IMG/VR virus record: IMGVR_UViG_3300037189_023236
From: a virus
Length of the DNA: 64,000 nt
Strand: one strand, 5' to 3'
Shown: piece by piece, positions 33,667 through 44,266 of the stretch
Position numbering within the stretch: position 1 is the first letter of the stretch
How the letters are laid out: each line of letters starts with the position of its first letter
Made by a program: the position numbers and the translations under genes
The notes under the pieces: generated by a model
Database searches by the model: none
Told to the model about the DNA's origin: nothing
The model's input: only the letters and a program-made list of their open reading frames with translations

Positions 33667-34218
33667 TTACACGCCAAGAGACTTTTTTGGCTTTGCTACT
33701 GCTATTGGTAGAACAACCGGACCGACATTAGACGCTAAAAGCAATTGTACAACCGTCTCGACGTCTTTGCGTATGGCATTCGCGTTTTTGTTGTTTTCCT
33801 GGTAATGATTTACCAGGCTGTTAAACGCGCCAAGAAATTTATCGCGCGACTTTATTGAGTTAAACGAAAACCGCACCGAAAACTGCGTAACTGTTTCGCC
33901 AATCTGCTCTGGTACGGTTTTGTTCTCTGTCCAGGCGCCATTTTTCAATTCGCGCGTATAGACGTTGTACAACTTGCCCAGGTAATCGTAAATCAGCAAG
34001 AACGGACTTGCGTCAATGTCTTCAGCCATTGAGAAAATGTGAGGGTGGCTCGACGACACAATAAACGGCAGCTTTTCGGCTATTGTTGCGTCCGTGTTTA
34101 CGCGGCTAAACGGCACGTAAAACAAACGCTCGCCATCTTTTGTTTTTCGGCAGACGGCCACTTCAAGGGCAGCGACGCCGGGCTCTATGACGACTGGGAC
34201 GTTTTTGAAAAACAACAT
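33667..34218 (-). CDS. Hypothetical protein
   Basis: Start ATG 34218 follows the upstream stop. Confidence 0.65.
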   Translation of the reverse strand: MLFFKNVPVVIEPGVAALEVAVCRKTKDGERLFYVPFSRVNTDATIAEKLPFIVSSSHPHIFSMAEDIDASPFLLIYDYLGKLYNVYTRELKNGAWTENKTVPEQIGETVTQFSVRFSFNSIKSRDKFLGAFNSLVNHYQENNKNANAIRKDVETVVQLLLASNVGPVVLPIAVAKPKKSLGV

Positions 34219-34222
34219 ACTG

Positions 34223-35074
34223 CTACCGTGTAATACCTTTCTTTTTCTCGTGCTGCGCAGGCGGTTCGGCTTCGTCGCCGTCCGCCGACTCAGCATCGAT
34301 ATGCTCCGCAAATTTTCGACAAAGCGCTTGGTGCGTGTCGATTACTTCTTGCATCTTGTGGAAATTTTCTGTGATTTCCGCCATGTAGCCGCGTACGGTT
34401 TCCGTAATGTCTGATGACGCCATATTCATAAGCGCGTCGTACAACCCGTCGTCCTCTACCCACAGCTTTTCCGACCGCGAAATAAATTTTCGCTGATGTT
34501 CAAGTAGATCGTACACGCGCTGTTTTAAACCTTTTGGCGCTGCCGGGCCGCGCCCTGCTCTTTTTTCTTCGCCACGAATTTCGTTTAGCTCAACGGCCAG
34601 CGCTTTTGTAGTGTATGCTTCGCTTACACAACGATCTTCTATGACTTTGCGCTGGTCAGGATCTTGCACGGTCAGCAGAAGCTGCACGTGAGATGCTGTA
34701 ACGCGCCACGTCGGTCGAGCCGGGCAGCGGCGATTAATGAGCGCGTCTATGCTCTCCTGAGAGGGATAGTTTTCAAACAACTGCCGCGACGTATTGAAAG
34801 AGTCGGCCGTGTAGATTTTATTGAAAGCGTTGAGCAGCAGTGCAGACGGACTTACGTGATTTGCAAGTTGCTCTTCTGTCAGATATTGCTCAGGATCGTT
34901 GTCAATTTCAAACAGCATCTGGCCAACACGCCACATAGCCATAATGTTAGCTGCGTGTTGCTCTGTCACGAGTTCTGTGACGCGCATAATAACCTGTTGC
35001 AAATTTGTGTGCAAATCAGCAACGTTGATCAGGTCATTGCGCTGTGCGTTAACAGTATTTAGTTGCATTGTCAC
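34223..35074 (-). CDS. Helical hypothetical protein (weak DUF1016 N-terminal-like pattern)
   Basis: W.VG..L and SH..LL.V.D..QR motifs; AGGAGG RBS. Confidence 0.55.
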   Translation of the reverse strand: MTMQLNTVNAQRNDLINVADLHTNLQQVIMRVTELVTEQHAANIMAMWRVGQMLFEIDNDPEQYLTEEQLANHVSPSALLLNAFNKIYTADSFNTSRQLFENYPSQESIDALINRRCPARPTWRVTASHVQLLLTVQDPDQRKVIEDRCVSEAYTTKALAVELNEIRGEEKRAGRGPAAPKGLKQRVYDLLEHQRKFISRSEKLWVEDDGLYDALMNMASSDITETVRGYMAEITENFHKMQEVIDTHQALCRKFAEHIDAESADGDEAEPPAQHEKKKGITR

Positions 35075-35090
35075 ACCTCACCTCCTTGAG

Positions 35091-36242
35091 TTAAACCTTA
35101 CCAAACGCCTTTTTTGTCGCGGGCAAAAGAAGCGATAACCCCACAGACTGAATTTTTTCGCGTACGTGCGTCGGCTGATTTCTCGCGTGTTTTAAAGTTG
35201 CGCACACAAGATCGTAGCCGTTCCGCGTTTCTAGTACTTTTCCTGTATACGCATCTAGCGGATTGCGCGGCTCAATGTCCGCTCCTGAAAAGGCTGCGTT
35301 TCTTACAATTGCGCGCGCCGTTTCTTTAGACAGTCCAAAGCTGACTAGGTAACCAATCCATTTTTTGACTACCGTTTCGAACTCGGTTTGGTTGTCTGTA
35401 AAACCTAATTTGAATTCGCGTAGAGTAGCTATACGCTGTTTTAGCTCTACCATATCGATTGATTTGGTAAATGTGCGCACAACGAGTTGAGCTGTGCGAC
35501 CAGATAAATCAGTGCCTACATGCGGCAATCTGTTTCTGTTTTTATCCGTCGCGAGAGCTACGCCAAACCGCGTATACAAACAAGGTATGGCACGCACAGA
35601 ATTGCCCGCGTCCTCTCGATTACAAAAATACCAGCCGGCCGCGAAAACGTGTCGGGAATCCGGATGCGCGTCAGTCGTCTTGGTGGCGGGATCAAGAATG
35701 TACACCCGCAACTCTCGGCCTACAAGTTCAGCTCTGTAAAAAATTGTGTCGTCTGGTTTGTCTGTTCGGGCATTTTGAATTGTCTCGAAAAACACAGAAT
35801 TATCGAGCAGCTTGTGGTTGAGCCCGAGAAATCCGTCAACAACCCGATCGTGGTGGTCGATAAGAAGATTGCGCTCGCGTAATGTTTCGAACCTGACGCG
35901 CAATGCTTCGTTATAGATACTGACCGCAGACGGCAAACTATATGCGTCTGCGTCGATAAGTTTAGACGGCGACTCGCCAGATATTTCGCCAAAAACGCGA
36001 TGCAAGCCAATGGCTATCGCGTCGCACACAGCGATAAACCCGAGCACATTGAAGCGATAGCCCGTATCAGTAAACTTACCGGCTGCAGTAAGCGTCAGTT
36101 GCTCTGCATCTGACAGAGGTACAAGCTCAGTGTGCGCGCTACGCTTGTCTATAAAAGCCGCGCAGTCAGCTTCTTGGTCTTGTGAAAAAGACAAAGCGGT
36201 AACCGGAACGAAAATGCTGCGGTATTTTCTGTTCGGGCCCAT
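35091..36242 (-). CDS. DUF932-like protein
   Basis: LDN..F and G....N.E.AG.SV...P pattern. Confidence 0.45.
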   Translation of the reverse strand: MGPNRKYRSIFVPVTALSFSQDQEADCAAFIDKRSAHTELVPLSDAEQLTLTAAGKFTDTGYRFNVLGFIAVCDAIAIGLHRVFGEISGESPSKLIDADAYSLPSAVSIYNEALRVRFETLRERNLLIDHHDRVVDGFLGLNHKLLDNSVFFETIQNARTDKPDDTIFYRAELVGRELRVYILDPATKTTDAHPDSRHVFAAGWYFCNREDAGNSVRAIPCLYTRFGVALATDKNRNRLPHVGTDLSGRTAQLVVRTFTKSIDMVELKQRIATLREFKLGFTDNQTEFETVVKKWIGYLVSFGLSKETARAIVRNAAFSGADIEPRNPLDAYTGKVLETRNGYDLVCATLKHARNQPTHVREKIQSVGLSLLLPATKKAFGKV

Positions 36243-36251
36243 ACCGTAAGC

Positions 36252-36815
36252 CTAATTTGAAAACCACGCCGGACCTATAGCAGTACAAAGATTTTTTAAC
36301 GGCTCGACAATGAACGGTCGTTTATTTGCCGTCGGTAGCATCACGAACTGCTGTCGGGCGCCATCAGGCAACCGAGTGTCGGCAAGGCTGCTAAAACTAT
36401 GCGCGCAGAACGCTGTCTTAATCACAGGAAAGACAAAAACGTAGCTGTCGCTCATCGGGTCAATCTCGTTGATAGCCAGTTCTTTAGCTATCGCCTTTAC
36501 CAGCCTGTTTTTCGGGGCGGGTTTGAACAAATCAGGCAGCGTAGTTTTATGAAGAAACGGAACGCGCCGCCCAAGCAATACACCCGGAAAAGCAGTATAC
36601 GTCGCGTTGAACCAGGCAAAATTAAGCTTAGTCTGCTGCGTCTTTGCACGACAGTCAGATGCAAGACGGCCCCAGCCGTTTGGTTTTAGTCCGCAATCCG
36701 TGAATATGCGCTTGATGACGCGCTCTTCGTACGCCAGCTGCCGGAGGATTTTTAAGTCCTCGGCAGCTGGCGTACTTTCATTGAACAGGTTATCGAAAAA
36801 TTCTTCGCGCGACAT
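36252..36815 (-). CDS. Hypothetical protein
   Basis: ORF tiles with its neighbours. Confidence 0.65.
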   Translation of the reverse strand: MSREEFFDNLFNESTPAAEDLKILRQLAYEERVIKRIFTDCGLKPNGWGRLASDCRAKTQQTKLNFAWFNATYTAFPGVLLGRRVPFLHKTTLPDLFKPAPKNRLVKAIAKELAINEIDPMSDSYVFVFPVIKTAFCAHSFSSLADTRLPDGARQQFVMLPTANKRPFIVEPLKNLCTAIGPAWFSN

Positions 36816-36820
36816 TGTCG

Positions 36821-37075
36821 TTAAACGTCGTCTTTTTCTGCCATAGCCGCCGTATGGTTCTCAATCGCATCGGCGATTCGGCATAGCCCGGCTGTTACGC
36901 CCATTACTGCTTCAGTAAGAGACGTAACGAAACCGCCAGAAGCATCGTGGCCGCCGGAAATAATAGTGTCGCCTCGGCCACGTGGTGTAATAGCTGTATC
37001 AAGTTCACCGAGTGCGCGAACAATTGCATCAACAGCATCTTTCACATCGTCGCTACTTTTCGTCGTTTTACGCAC
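36821..37075 (-). CDS. Small hypothetical protein
   Basis: AGGAGG RBS with GTG start. Confidence 0.65.
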   Translation of the reverse strand: MRKTTKSSDDVKDAVDAIVRALGELDTAITPRGRGDTIISGGHDASGGFVTSLTEAVMGVTAGLCRIADAIENHTAAMAEKDDV

Positions 37076-37085
37076 AAATCACCTC

Positions 37086-38456
37086 CTATTCAGAAAACTG
37101 TCCAAGCGGATCAAGATCTGCAGGCACAAGATCTTCCAAAGCACCAGCTGCCGCCATGAGCTCTGGATTATCGGTCGTCTGCTTGTCTTTAAGCTGCGAC
37201 ATAACCTGCTCCCGGTATTTAACAGCCGGATCACAGATGGCGTAAGCATTGACGCCTAGCAAACCGTCAAGCAGGCTGCGCATCTTCTTGTTCTCCTCGA
37301 TCATCATCGAAATCTCGACTTCAGGAACGGCTTCCTGCTTCGAGATTCCGAGGGCGCTGGAAAACACAAGCGGCGTGTCGGCGTTTTTAGTGCCGTGCTT
37401 GTACTCAAGATCGCACACCTGCCTAAGAATCTCACCCAGCTTGGGATCGTGGCCCGGCTGCGGTTTACGCTCTGGATCCTGCAGATCGAGTAGCAGTCTG
37501 GTAGAGGCGGTATGCCAATCCCAGTAATGGTGCTGCTGCTGCTTATACGCCTGATCGCCGTTTTCGTCGCGGTATGCAATGGTTTTGGGATACCAAAGCA
37601 GGTTGACGACGATACGCCGGCCAGGAGCGCCAAGATTGTTCTTGGTCGCAATAATCCGCACCTGCTGCCCCTGAGCGCCATTACGCTCAATCAGCTTGGC
37701 AGACACTCGATCCATATCAAGGATTAACGTGGGATAATAGTCAAGGCTTGCCCCACCCGGAGCGTACTTCTTTGGCGCGCCGAATCCCATCTGATTAATT
37801 TCTTCTTTCAGATGGTTCGTTGCAACAAACGCAATCGGATAATGCCGAAGCGTCGGTACAAGCGCTGTTCGCATAAAGTCAGACAAGTTACGCGCTAGGT
37901 ATGGATGCCCAGCCGCAGCGTGTCCTTCTTCAGCCACCTTTTCGACGCGACGCTCAACCTCGACAGCCGAGATAGAGTCTACGCCGATGCACATTGGATA
38001 CACCTCGTTGCCGGCGTCAGCTTGCTTGTGAATAAGCTGACACAGACTAATGTACTTCTTCTGCCACTCTTCAACGCTGGCAGCTTCGACAACTACAGCC
38101 CGTTTCGTGTATTCCGGGTTGTGGCCGAACATGCCGTCAATCATGCTGCGGCTACTTTTGTGCTCGGTGTCGATCATGACGCCACCGCCGCCATACATGG
38201 CAAACCAGCGCATGACCTCGATGAGCATAGCCGATTTACCGGCGCTAAATTGCCCACGCAGCTGAACAAACCGAGACAGCGGAAAGATATTGCTTTGAAG
38301 CAGGTACCTTGCCGCTAGTGACGGTAGTGGTAAGCCGATAAGCGGATCCTGCTCTTCGGCTGTTGCTTTGAGAATCTCTGTAATAACAGGATGCTCACCA
38401 AGTGGTGCGGTGACATCAATACCGGCAGTTACTTCACTTTTTTTACGTCGGCCCAT
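37086..38456 (-). CDS. RecA/UvsX-like recombinase
   Basis: Walker A GQFSAGKS, IDTE, Walker B IGVDS, TNH, APGGASLDYY and KN motifs. Confidence 0.88.
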   Translation of the reverse strand: MGRRKKSEVTAGIDVTAPLGEHPVITEILKATAEEQDPLIGLPLPSLAARYLLQSNIFPLSRFVQLRGQFSAGKSAMLIEVMRWFAMYGGGGVMIDTEHKSSRSMIDGMFGHNPEYTKRAVVVEAASVEEWQKKYISLCQLIHKQADAGNEVYPMCIGVDSISAVEVERRVEKVAEEGHAAAGHPYLARNLSDFMRTALVPTLRHYPIAFVATNHLKEEINQMGFGAPKKYAPGGASLDYYPTLILDMDRVSAKLIERNGAQGQQVRIIATKNNLGAPGRRIVVNLLWYPKTIAYRDENGDQAYKQQQHHYWDWHTASTRLLLDLQDPERKPQPGHDPKLGEILRQVCDLEYKHGTKNADTPLVFSSALGISKQEAVPEVEISMMIEENKKMRSLLDGLLGVNAYAICDPAVKYREQVMSQLKDKQTTDNPELMAAAGALEDLVPADLDPLGQFSE

Positions 38457-38482
38457 AGTATCCTCGTGGTTTGTAAAAGATT

Positions 38483-38518
38483 GGGATGGGGGCTTGTGAA
38501 ACATCAAGCCCCCATCCC
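38483..38518 (-). terminator. Hairpin with perfect 14-bp stem (no GCTATC tail)
   Basis: GGGATGGGGGCTTG / CAAGCCCCCATCCC. Confidence 0.65.
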
Positions 38519-38537
38519 GCAGATCTTGGCTAATTAA

Positions 38538-39953
38538 TTAGCCGTTTCGCCGAGCCGCCTGAAGAGCAGCCTGCGCTTTTGCCCGAGCCTCAGCGACAAT
38601 GTCTGCCGTCTGCGGCTTGTTGCCAAATGGCGCGGACGCTGCTGCTGCGGACTTCATGCCCATCTGCAGCTGCGCGAGCGCGGCTTCGGCATCCGGATCG
38701 ATATCGTCTGCATCCGGAACAATAGAGCTAATAGCCGGCGCCGTCGTGGTTGTGGTCGCAGCGTTGATAGCATGCGCCGTCGCCACGGACGAGGCTACGC
38801 CAGTCGGCGGCTGAAAGCGCGCTTGCGGCGCCTCAACCGTCGTTGTCCCACGGCGTAGATACCGGATGTACTCCGGATGATCACGCCACGCGAAATCAAG
38901 AGCTTCGCGCGGGAACGACTCAGCCATTAGCTCTGCCTGCTCTTCGAAACTCGGCACGTACATCAATTCGTCGAACGTGCTGTTGGCCGTAGCAATCTTA
39001 TTTGCATAAGCGCCAAACGGAACAACCTGTCCGTTGTACGTGTCATGAAGCACAACCCAGTGCTGTTCGCCGGACATCTTGCCGTCCGGCGATGGATTGG
39101 GTTTACCGACAACTACGGCTTCAGCCTGATTTGCAGCTGAAATCGCATATGGCGGCACATACAAATAGTCCGGACCCTCATTCGAAATCGCAAGAGGACG
39201 CGGCGGCTTCGGATGTGCCGCTACGCCATACGACTTCGAGATGACGGTCACGAGCTTGGACGGCCCCGCCGACAGCATATCGCCAGCGAGAAACTGCCCA
39301 TCTGCGCCTTGAACCTGCAGAGCGTTCAGCAGGCTTTCGGCAGCGGTCTTCTTAAACCCGAAGATCCGCGCGTTATTTTCTTTCTGATCAGCCAGATCGA
39401 AGCAACCGAAACCGGGAGTACGATCCGGCTTGTTGTAAAGCTGCGTCGCGCTGACGAACAGAATCTGCTCCGGACGCTTCAGCGAGCCGACATGCGTCTG
39501 CTGCTGAAAACCAGCCGCCCTATTGAGCAAATCACAGAACAAAGCGCCGATGCCAGGCGTTTCCTTGTTCTTGTAAGCCGCTCGATAGAGCAACCACACC
39601 GGACTCTCATACCTATTTACAGCCGGATTGCCGTCCCACACGATGAAGTGCAGACCCGGCTGCCCGAACCACGACACGCACTCATAGGTACGACACCAGT
39701 CGCCGAAGCCGGCATCTTCACGAAACTGCGTCAGCGCCGGTTTGCCGTCGGCGCCAACGATGCGCTGCCCAGACTGATCTGTGGCATACGTAGGAAGAAG
39801 CCGAAGGCAGAGCCCGTCGTCGAGCATCTTTTTGCCGCCGACGATAATTACATTGCGCTGCTTACCGTAACAAAAACGTCTCTTGCCATCTCCATTACCA
39901 GCCTGCTGCGGCGTACCAAAGGAAGCAAGATTCTGACTAGGGAAACGTGCCAT
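38538..39953 (-). CDS. Putative single-stranded DNA-binding protein
   Basis: Lies between PolA and RecA; LRLLP motif as in gp32-type SSBs; low-complexity tail. Confidence 0.45.
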   Translation of the reverse strand: MARFPSQNLASFGTPQQAGNGDGKRRFCYGKQRNVIIVGGKKMLDDGLCLRLLPTYATDQSGQRIVGADGKPALTQFREDAGFGDWCRTYECVSWFGQPGLHFIVWDGNPAVNRYESPVWLLYRAAYKNKETPGIGALFCDLLNRAAGFQQQTHVGSLKRPEQILFVSATQLYNKPDRTPGFGCFDLADQKENNARIFGFKKTAAESLLNALQVQGADGQFLAGDMLSAGPSKLVTVISKSYGVAAHPKPPRPLAISNEGPDYLYVPPYAISAANQAEAVVVGKPNPSPDGKMSGEQHWVVLHDTYNGQVVPFGAYANKIATANSTFDELMYVPSFEEQAELMAESFPREALDFAWRDHPEYIRYLRRGTTTVEAPQARFQPPTGVASSVATAHAINAATTTTTAPAISSIVPDADDIDPDAEAALAQLQMGMKSAAAASAPFGNKPQTADIVAEARAKAQAALQAARRNG

Positions 39954-39995
39954 GAAAGCACTCCTTGGGTTAAAGAAAAACCAACCAGTGGCTGT

Positions 39996-40023
39996 ACTCT
40001 ACCACATAGAACGGAGAAGTCCA
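39996..40023 (-). promoter_or_regulatory. Possible sigma70-type promoter
   Basis: TGGACT-N16-TAGAGT with TGn extended -10, upstream of ORF 39953. Confidence 0.35.
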
Positions 40024-40048
40024 GCCCTTGTTTTTGACCTATTTTGAC

Positions 40049-43000
40049 CTATTTTTCGAGCAACCAGTCGAGGCCTAAACTCGAGGCCTCGGCAGGTTTA
40101 ATCTTCTCGCCCCAGTGCACAAATACATCACGGTCCATGCCAAAGTGGTACGGCTCGTCTACGGGTATTGCTACTCCGTCTAAATACCGCGGCCAAAATG
40201 GCACGTCGTCAACCATGCATTTTGGTATGACATCTTTGTAAACGCGTTCGGCGTGCGCTACGGGAACAATAAGCACGATAGCGTCATGAATTTGCAGCGC
40301 GATGTCATACTGCACATCCGGATGTTCTTTTCTGTACCGATAAAAATTGGCCAGCGCAATAGATACAGCGTCAGCAACTCCGCCCTGAATCGGGAAGTTT
40401 TGCGCCTGCCGTTGTTGGTCTGCAATGATAGCCTGCGCGCCGTCATCAGAAATCGGCGGCGAAAATCTACGCATACGGCCATACGGGCCTACGATCCAGC
40501 CTGGATCCTGCGACCGCTCTCGGCATTGCGCTAAAAAGGTCTGCGTACCTGGATACGAGTCAAAGTACGCATCGATCATCGCTTGGCACTCAGCCGCCGT
40601 AACTTCGACGCCCTCTTCTTTACACTGCCGAGCGATGGCCTCTGAACCGCGGCCGTACGGAATACCGAAATTCACGTTTTTGGCCGCAACTCGTAAACCT
40701 TTTTTGCCGGCGTCTTTCATGCCGGTTTTTGTCGGTACAACGCCTTTAAGCGCGAAAGTTTTAACGGCTTGCTGCGAGTGAATGTCGTAATGATCTGGGT
40801 GCTCTTCCGGCAGTAAGTTGCGCCGGACGTGTTCAATCATGTTACGATCTTGCGACAACCAAGCTAAGACCGCCAACTCCGCACCAGTGAGATCGGTTTC
40901 GATCCCAACACACCCCTCCGGTACTTTGAGTACCGAGCGCACCGGATGCGTGTAGGCTGGGCCGAGAATGCGCCTGTAGTCGTCCTCTCGCCGTGAGCTG
41001 AGATTTTGCAGCGGCGGCCGAGAACTTGACGCACGCCCGGTTTCTTTTGTTTGAAATAAGTGAGTACGGACTTTACCGTCAGCATGCGCACTGCCGACAA
41101 GACCCTTCTCATAGACATAATTGCCGTTATCATCTGTGTCAAATTCTCCATCATCCTTGACATTAGGCACGCGCAGCACAGATTGTAATACCTGCGCAAT
41201 AAACTTGTAATCACGAATCTTAGCCGCCGTAGTATTGGCGTGGCCAAGAATACCCAGGCTTTCCTTATCCGTGCTCGGCGGCGATTTACTCTGTGTAGCC
41301 GCGTCGATCGTGTGCCACAGCTTCGGTCTCTTTCCCGTTGTCTTGATCGGGGTTAGATCGAGCAGGCGCGCGTCATCAGGAATAGTGATTTTATTGGTGA
41401 AATTCTTCGCGAATTTACGCCCAAACAGCGCCACAGCGAGCTGCGGATGCGATTTTGGGTTAAACGCCGGCCAGTTTAGTTCTTCACGAACTTCGGCTAA
41501 AAGCGTTTCCTGTTGTTCCATAAATATGTTGGCAAGCGCGTCAGTACGATCTCGGTCGATGACCATGCCTGTCATTTCCATTTCAAGAAATGCCAGCGAG
41601 GCCATATGCGCTGTCCAGTACGGCACCCAGCAATCATTACCGTTTGCGTCACATGCTATTTTTCCGTCATAGCCGTTTGTGCCGTAGAAATACATCATGA
41701 TCCGCCGCGTAACGTCTACGTCATAATTCGCGTATGGATGCAACACGTGGCTCGGACATGCACCGTATCCGCCTAACGCGTCTGGTTTAATTTTGTTCTG
41801 CGCGCAAAACGTCTTTTTCCAAACATACAGTTTTTCCCAATATGTCGGCGCGGAGGTAAACCGCATAACGCAGTCATCTAGCGCGTATTTTGCGGTCTCG
41901 TTGCAAGCGTGATAAAGCAGGCTCGTATCCCAGCCGCCCTGCGACCGATTATTTACATCAGGATCCGGCGCGTACTCGTCACGTACGTCGACACCAAAAT
42001 CAATAAGCCACGGCAAGTCAGCGCGGAGAAAGTGCCCGCCCACCCGTACGCGTCGACTAGCGGTTGATTTAAGAAGACGTGTAAGTTGCGTTCTTGCGGC
42101 GTCGAGACTTGGGCGGAATGCCGTTGCGCCGCCCTCATACCGGAGAACAATTGTGCGAGCCCATTTATCTTTGTTGGAAATTTGAATCGTGCGTAAATAT
42201 GCACCGTGCTCAGTCGGGTATTCGCCGTGCCACTCGCAGTCAATAGCGATGATATTAGCGTTGGGATCGGGATCCGCAAGCATAGCGTCAACCGTTTCTG
42301 CCAACGCCTCTTCTGTGTAAATTTCTGCATGATCCACAACCTCTTTCGTTATTAGGACATTGTTTGTCAGCGCAATAAACCGCTGAATCTGTCCTTCAAA
42401 TTCGGCGGTTATGGCCGCATCAGATTTACGCGCAACATATGCTGGATGCAACGACGACATGACTTTGATGTTGTGCGTTGACCCGTCTGGCATGGGTACA
42501 TCAATTTCAGCGACACGGCCGTTAAGTTTTACCGGACTACCGAGAACCGCTTTTACGGCGTCTGCGCCAAGGCAAAGAATGTAGTCTGGTTTGACAAGCC
42601 GAAACTCTTGCGCCATAAGCGGAGCGCAATCTTTAAACCACGCAGCCTCAATGTTTTCAACCTCGGCGTTCTCTGGCGCAAATTTACAAGCAAACGTAAC
42701 AAACCACTTAGCGTATTCAGTGTGCGGTACGTTTGCTTTCTGAATCGCGGTCATAAGCGCGTCAATTCCTCTACCAGCCCAGGCGTCGCGTTTGTGTAGG
42801 TTATCGCGGCCGGGCATTTTCCCAACAACCATAACACGCGCCGGCTTTGGCCCGTAAATAATCGTCGGATCGTCACTCGTTAGATCGCCGACGAGGTGCC
42901 CCGGAACAAACAGCGCAGTAAACGTGCCGCGTTTGCTCAATACTGGAATAGAAAACGTATTATCGTACATTGCGCGACGATACAGATAATCGAGATGTTT

Positions 43001-43198
43001 GCTAGCAGGTGCCTGCTTTTTCTTTTTAATATCGTCCAGATTGAGATCGTCGCCAAGATCTATTGCGTGCTTGACAAAATTTGCTCCGGGCGGCGGCATG
43101 CCAGGCGCTGTCAGATCAATTGCCGGATACAAAGCTTCAAGCGCTTCTTGCTTTTCCGGAAAAACAAGCGCTTCTGAGAACAGATGCAAAAGACTCAT
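40049..43198 (-). CDS. polA: Family A DNA polymerase with N-terminal UDG-like and 3'-5' exonuclease domains
   Basis: UDG-like part: VMVVGKMPG, LVKPDYILCLG, LHPAY. Exonuclease: AIDCE, YANYD. Polymerase: TGR.SS..P.LQN, DLTGAEL, RVAAKNVNFGIPYG, NFPIQG, QIHD. Confidence 0.93.
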   Translation of the reverse strand: MSLLHLFSEALVFPEKQEALEALYPAIDLTAPGMPPPGANFVKHAIDLGDDLNLDDIKKKKQAPASKHLDYLYRRAMYDNTFSIPVLSKRGTFTALFVPGHLVGDLTSDDPTIIYGPKPARVMVVGKMPGRDNLHKRDAWAGRGIDALMTAIQKANVPHTEYAKWFVTFACKFAPENAEVENIEAAWFKDCAPLMAQEFRLVKPDYILCLGADAVKAVLGSPVKLNGRVAEIDVPMPDGSTHNIKVMSSLHPAYVARKSDAAITAEFEGQIQRFIALTNNVLITKEVVDHAEIYTEEALAETVDAMLADPDPNANIIAIDCEWHGEYPTEHGAYLRTIQISNKDKWARTIVLRYEGGATAFRPSLDAARTQLTRLLKSTASRRVRVGGHFLRADLPWLIDFGVDVRDEYAPDPDVNNRSQGGWDTSLLYHACNETAKYALDDCVMRFTSAPTYWEKLYVWKKTFCAQNKIKPDALGGYGACPSHVLHPYANYDVDVTRRIMMYFYGTNGYDGKIACDANGNDCWVPYWTAHMASLAFLEMEMTGMVIDRDRTDALANIFMEQQETLLAEVREELNWPAFNPKSHPQLAVALFGRKFAKNFTNKITIPDDARLLDLTPIKTTGKRPKLWHTIDAATQSKSPPSTDKESLGILGHANTTAAKIRDYKFIAQVLQSVLRVPNVKDDGEFDTDDNGNYVYEKGLVGSAHADGKVRTHLFQTKETGRASSSRPPLQNLSSRREDDYRRILGPAYTHPVRSVLKVPEGCVGIETDLTGAELAVLAWLSQDRNMIEHVRRNLLPEEHPDHYDIHSQQAVKTFALKGVVPTKTGMKDAGKKGLRVAAKNVNFGIPYGRGSEAIARQCKEEGVEVTAAECQAMIDAYFDSYPGTQTFLAQCRERSQDPGWIVGPYGRMRRFSPPISDDGAQAIIADQQRQAQNFPIQGGVADAVSIALANFYRYRKEHPDVQYDIALQIHDAIVLIVPVAHAERVYKDVIPKCMVDDVPFWPRYLDGVAIPVDEPYHFGMDRDVFVHWGEKIKPAEASSLGLDWLLEK

Positions 43199-43211
43199 AG
43201 TCGCTTCTCCA

Positions 43212-44252
43212 TCAAATCATTGCGTTTAGTACACCTGCCGCAGCAGCACGTTCCATTAACAAATCCGTTATATCGCCAAGAGCGTAGTCGGCCGGATCAC
43301 GCGCATCTGGCAAATCAACAGACACAACTGTCATACCGTGTTGTGTTAACACCGTCCGCGCTCGTTCCATTTCTGCTTTAGCATCATTGTCCAAAAGCAG
43401 GAATACCGGTTTATTTACCCAAGTACGCGCTATCAAATTTTGCTGGTGCATAGACATGCTTTTGCCGAACAAACAGACAGCCCCGCCGCCAAGACGCCAA
43501 ACACTTGTCACACCTTCAACAATTACGGCAAACGGTTGCGATGCCGCGTTGTCAAAGTTGTACAGCAATTTAGACTTTTGCATATTTGGCGCGTTTAAAT
43601 ACTTTGGCGCTGTAGTCGGCCTAATAGCGCGGCACTGCCAACCAACAAGATCACCGCGAAACGTGACCGGTATGTATAACCGCTCTCGCATAATTTCAAA
43701 CCGCGGTTCTGCGGCAGTAGCGCAGATGCCAACTTGAAATTTTACGGCTAGCCAATCCGGGTCGAAACCGCGCGACTCTATGTAACACCGCGCTGGATGT
43801 TTGGCAGGAAGATCGCTTAAAAGCACGATATCGCCCGGCGGAGTAACAGCAGTGTGCTCAAAGCTCGTTACCGCCGGCCGAATTGTTAGCGGCTTTGGCT
43901 TTAAATGCCGGCCGACTCCGAAGATCAACTGCTCTAATTGTTCCATCCGCCCCGGCTCGCGCAGGCATTGCTCGTTGTAGCAAACCGCTAAGTGCGTGAG
44001 TTGCCTTATACCACGGCTCACTTCAGATGCATAGCGGTGATTAATCCACAAACGAGGAGAATGGTCATTACAAAACGGACAGCGCACGCAATAATACTCC
44101 CCCCAGGATGAAGCCTGTGTAACTGTTCGCCGAGGATTAAGAGGGTCAGGCAAGCGCTGATAATAAGCGTGACAACCTTCATTTGATATATGCACGTCTC
44201 CGAATTTTTGCTTTAGTAACCTGTAAAGAACCGGATTCAACGGATCAGCCAT
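43212..44252 (-). CDS. DnaG-type DNA primase
   Basis: CPFC.DH zinc finger, KYLN, and TOPRIM motifs IVEG and LLDND. Confidence 0.88.
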   Translation of the reverse strand: MADPLNPVLYRLLKQKFGDVHISNEGCHAYYQRLPDPLNPRRTVTQASSWGEYYCVRCPFCNDHSPRLWINHRYASEVSRGIRQLTHLAVCYNEQCLREPGRMEQLEQLIFGVGRHLKPKPLTIRPAVTSFEHTAVTPPGDIVLLSDLPAKHPARCYIESRGFDPDWLAVKFQVGICATAAEPRFEIMRERLYIPVTFRGDLVGWQCRAIRPTTAPKYLNAPNMQKSKLLYNFDNAASQPFAVIVEGVTSVWRLGGGAVCLFGKSMSMHQQNLIARTWVNKPVFLLLDNDAKAEMERARTVLTQHGMTVVSVDLPDARDPADYALGDITDLLMERAAAAGVLNAMI

Positions 44253-44266
44253 ACCGTCCTCAGATG

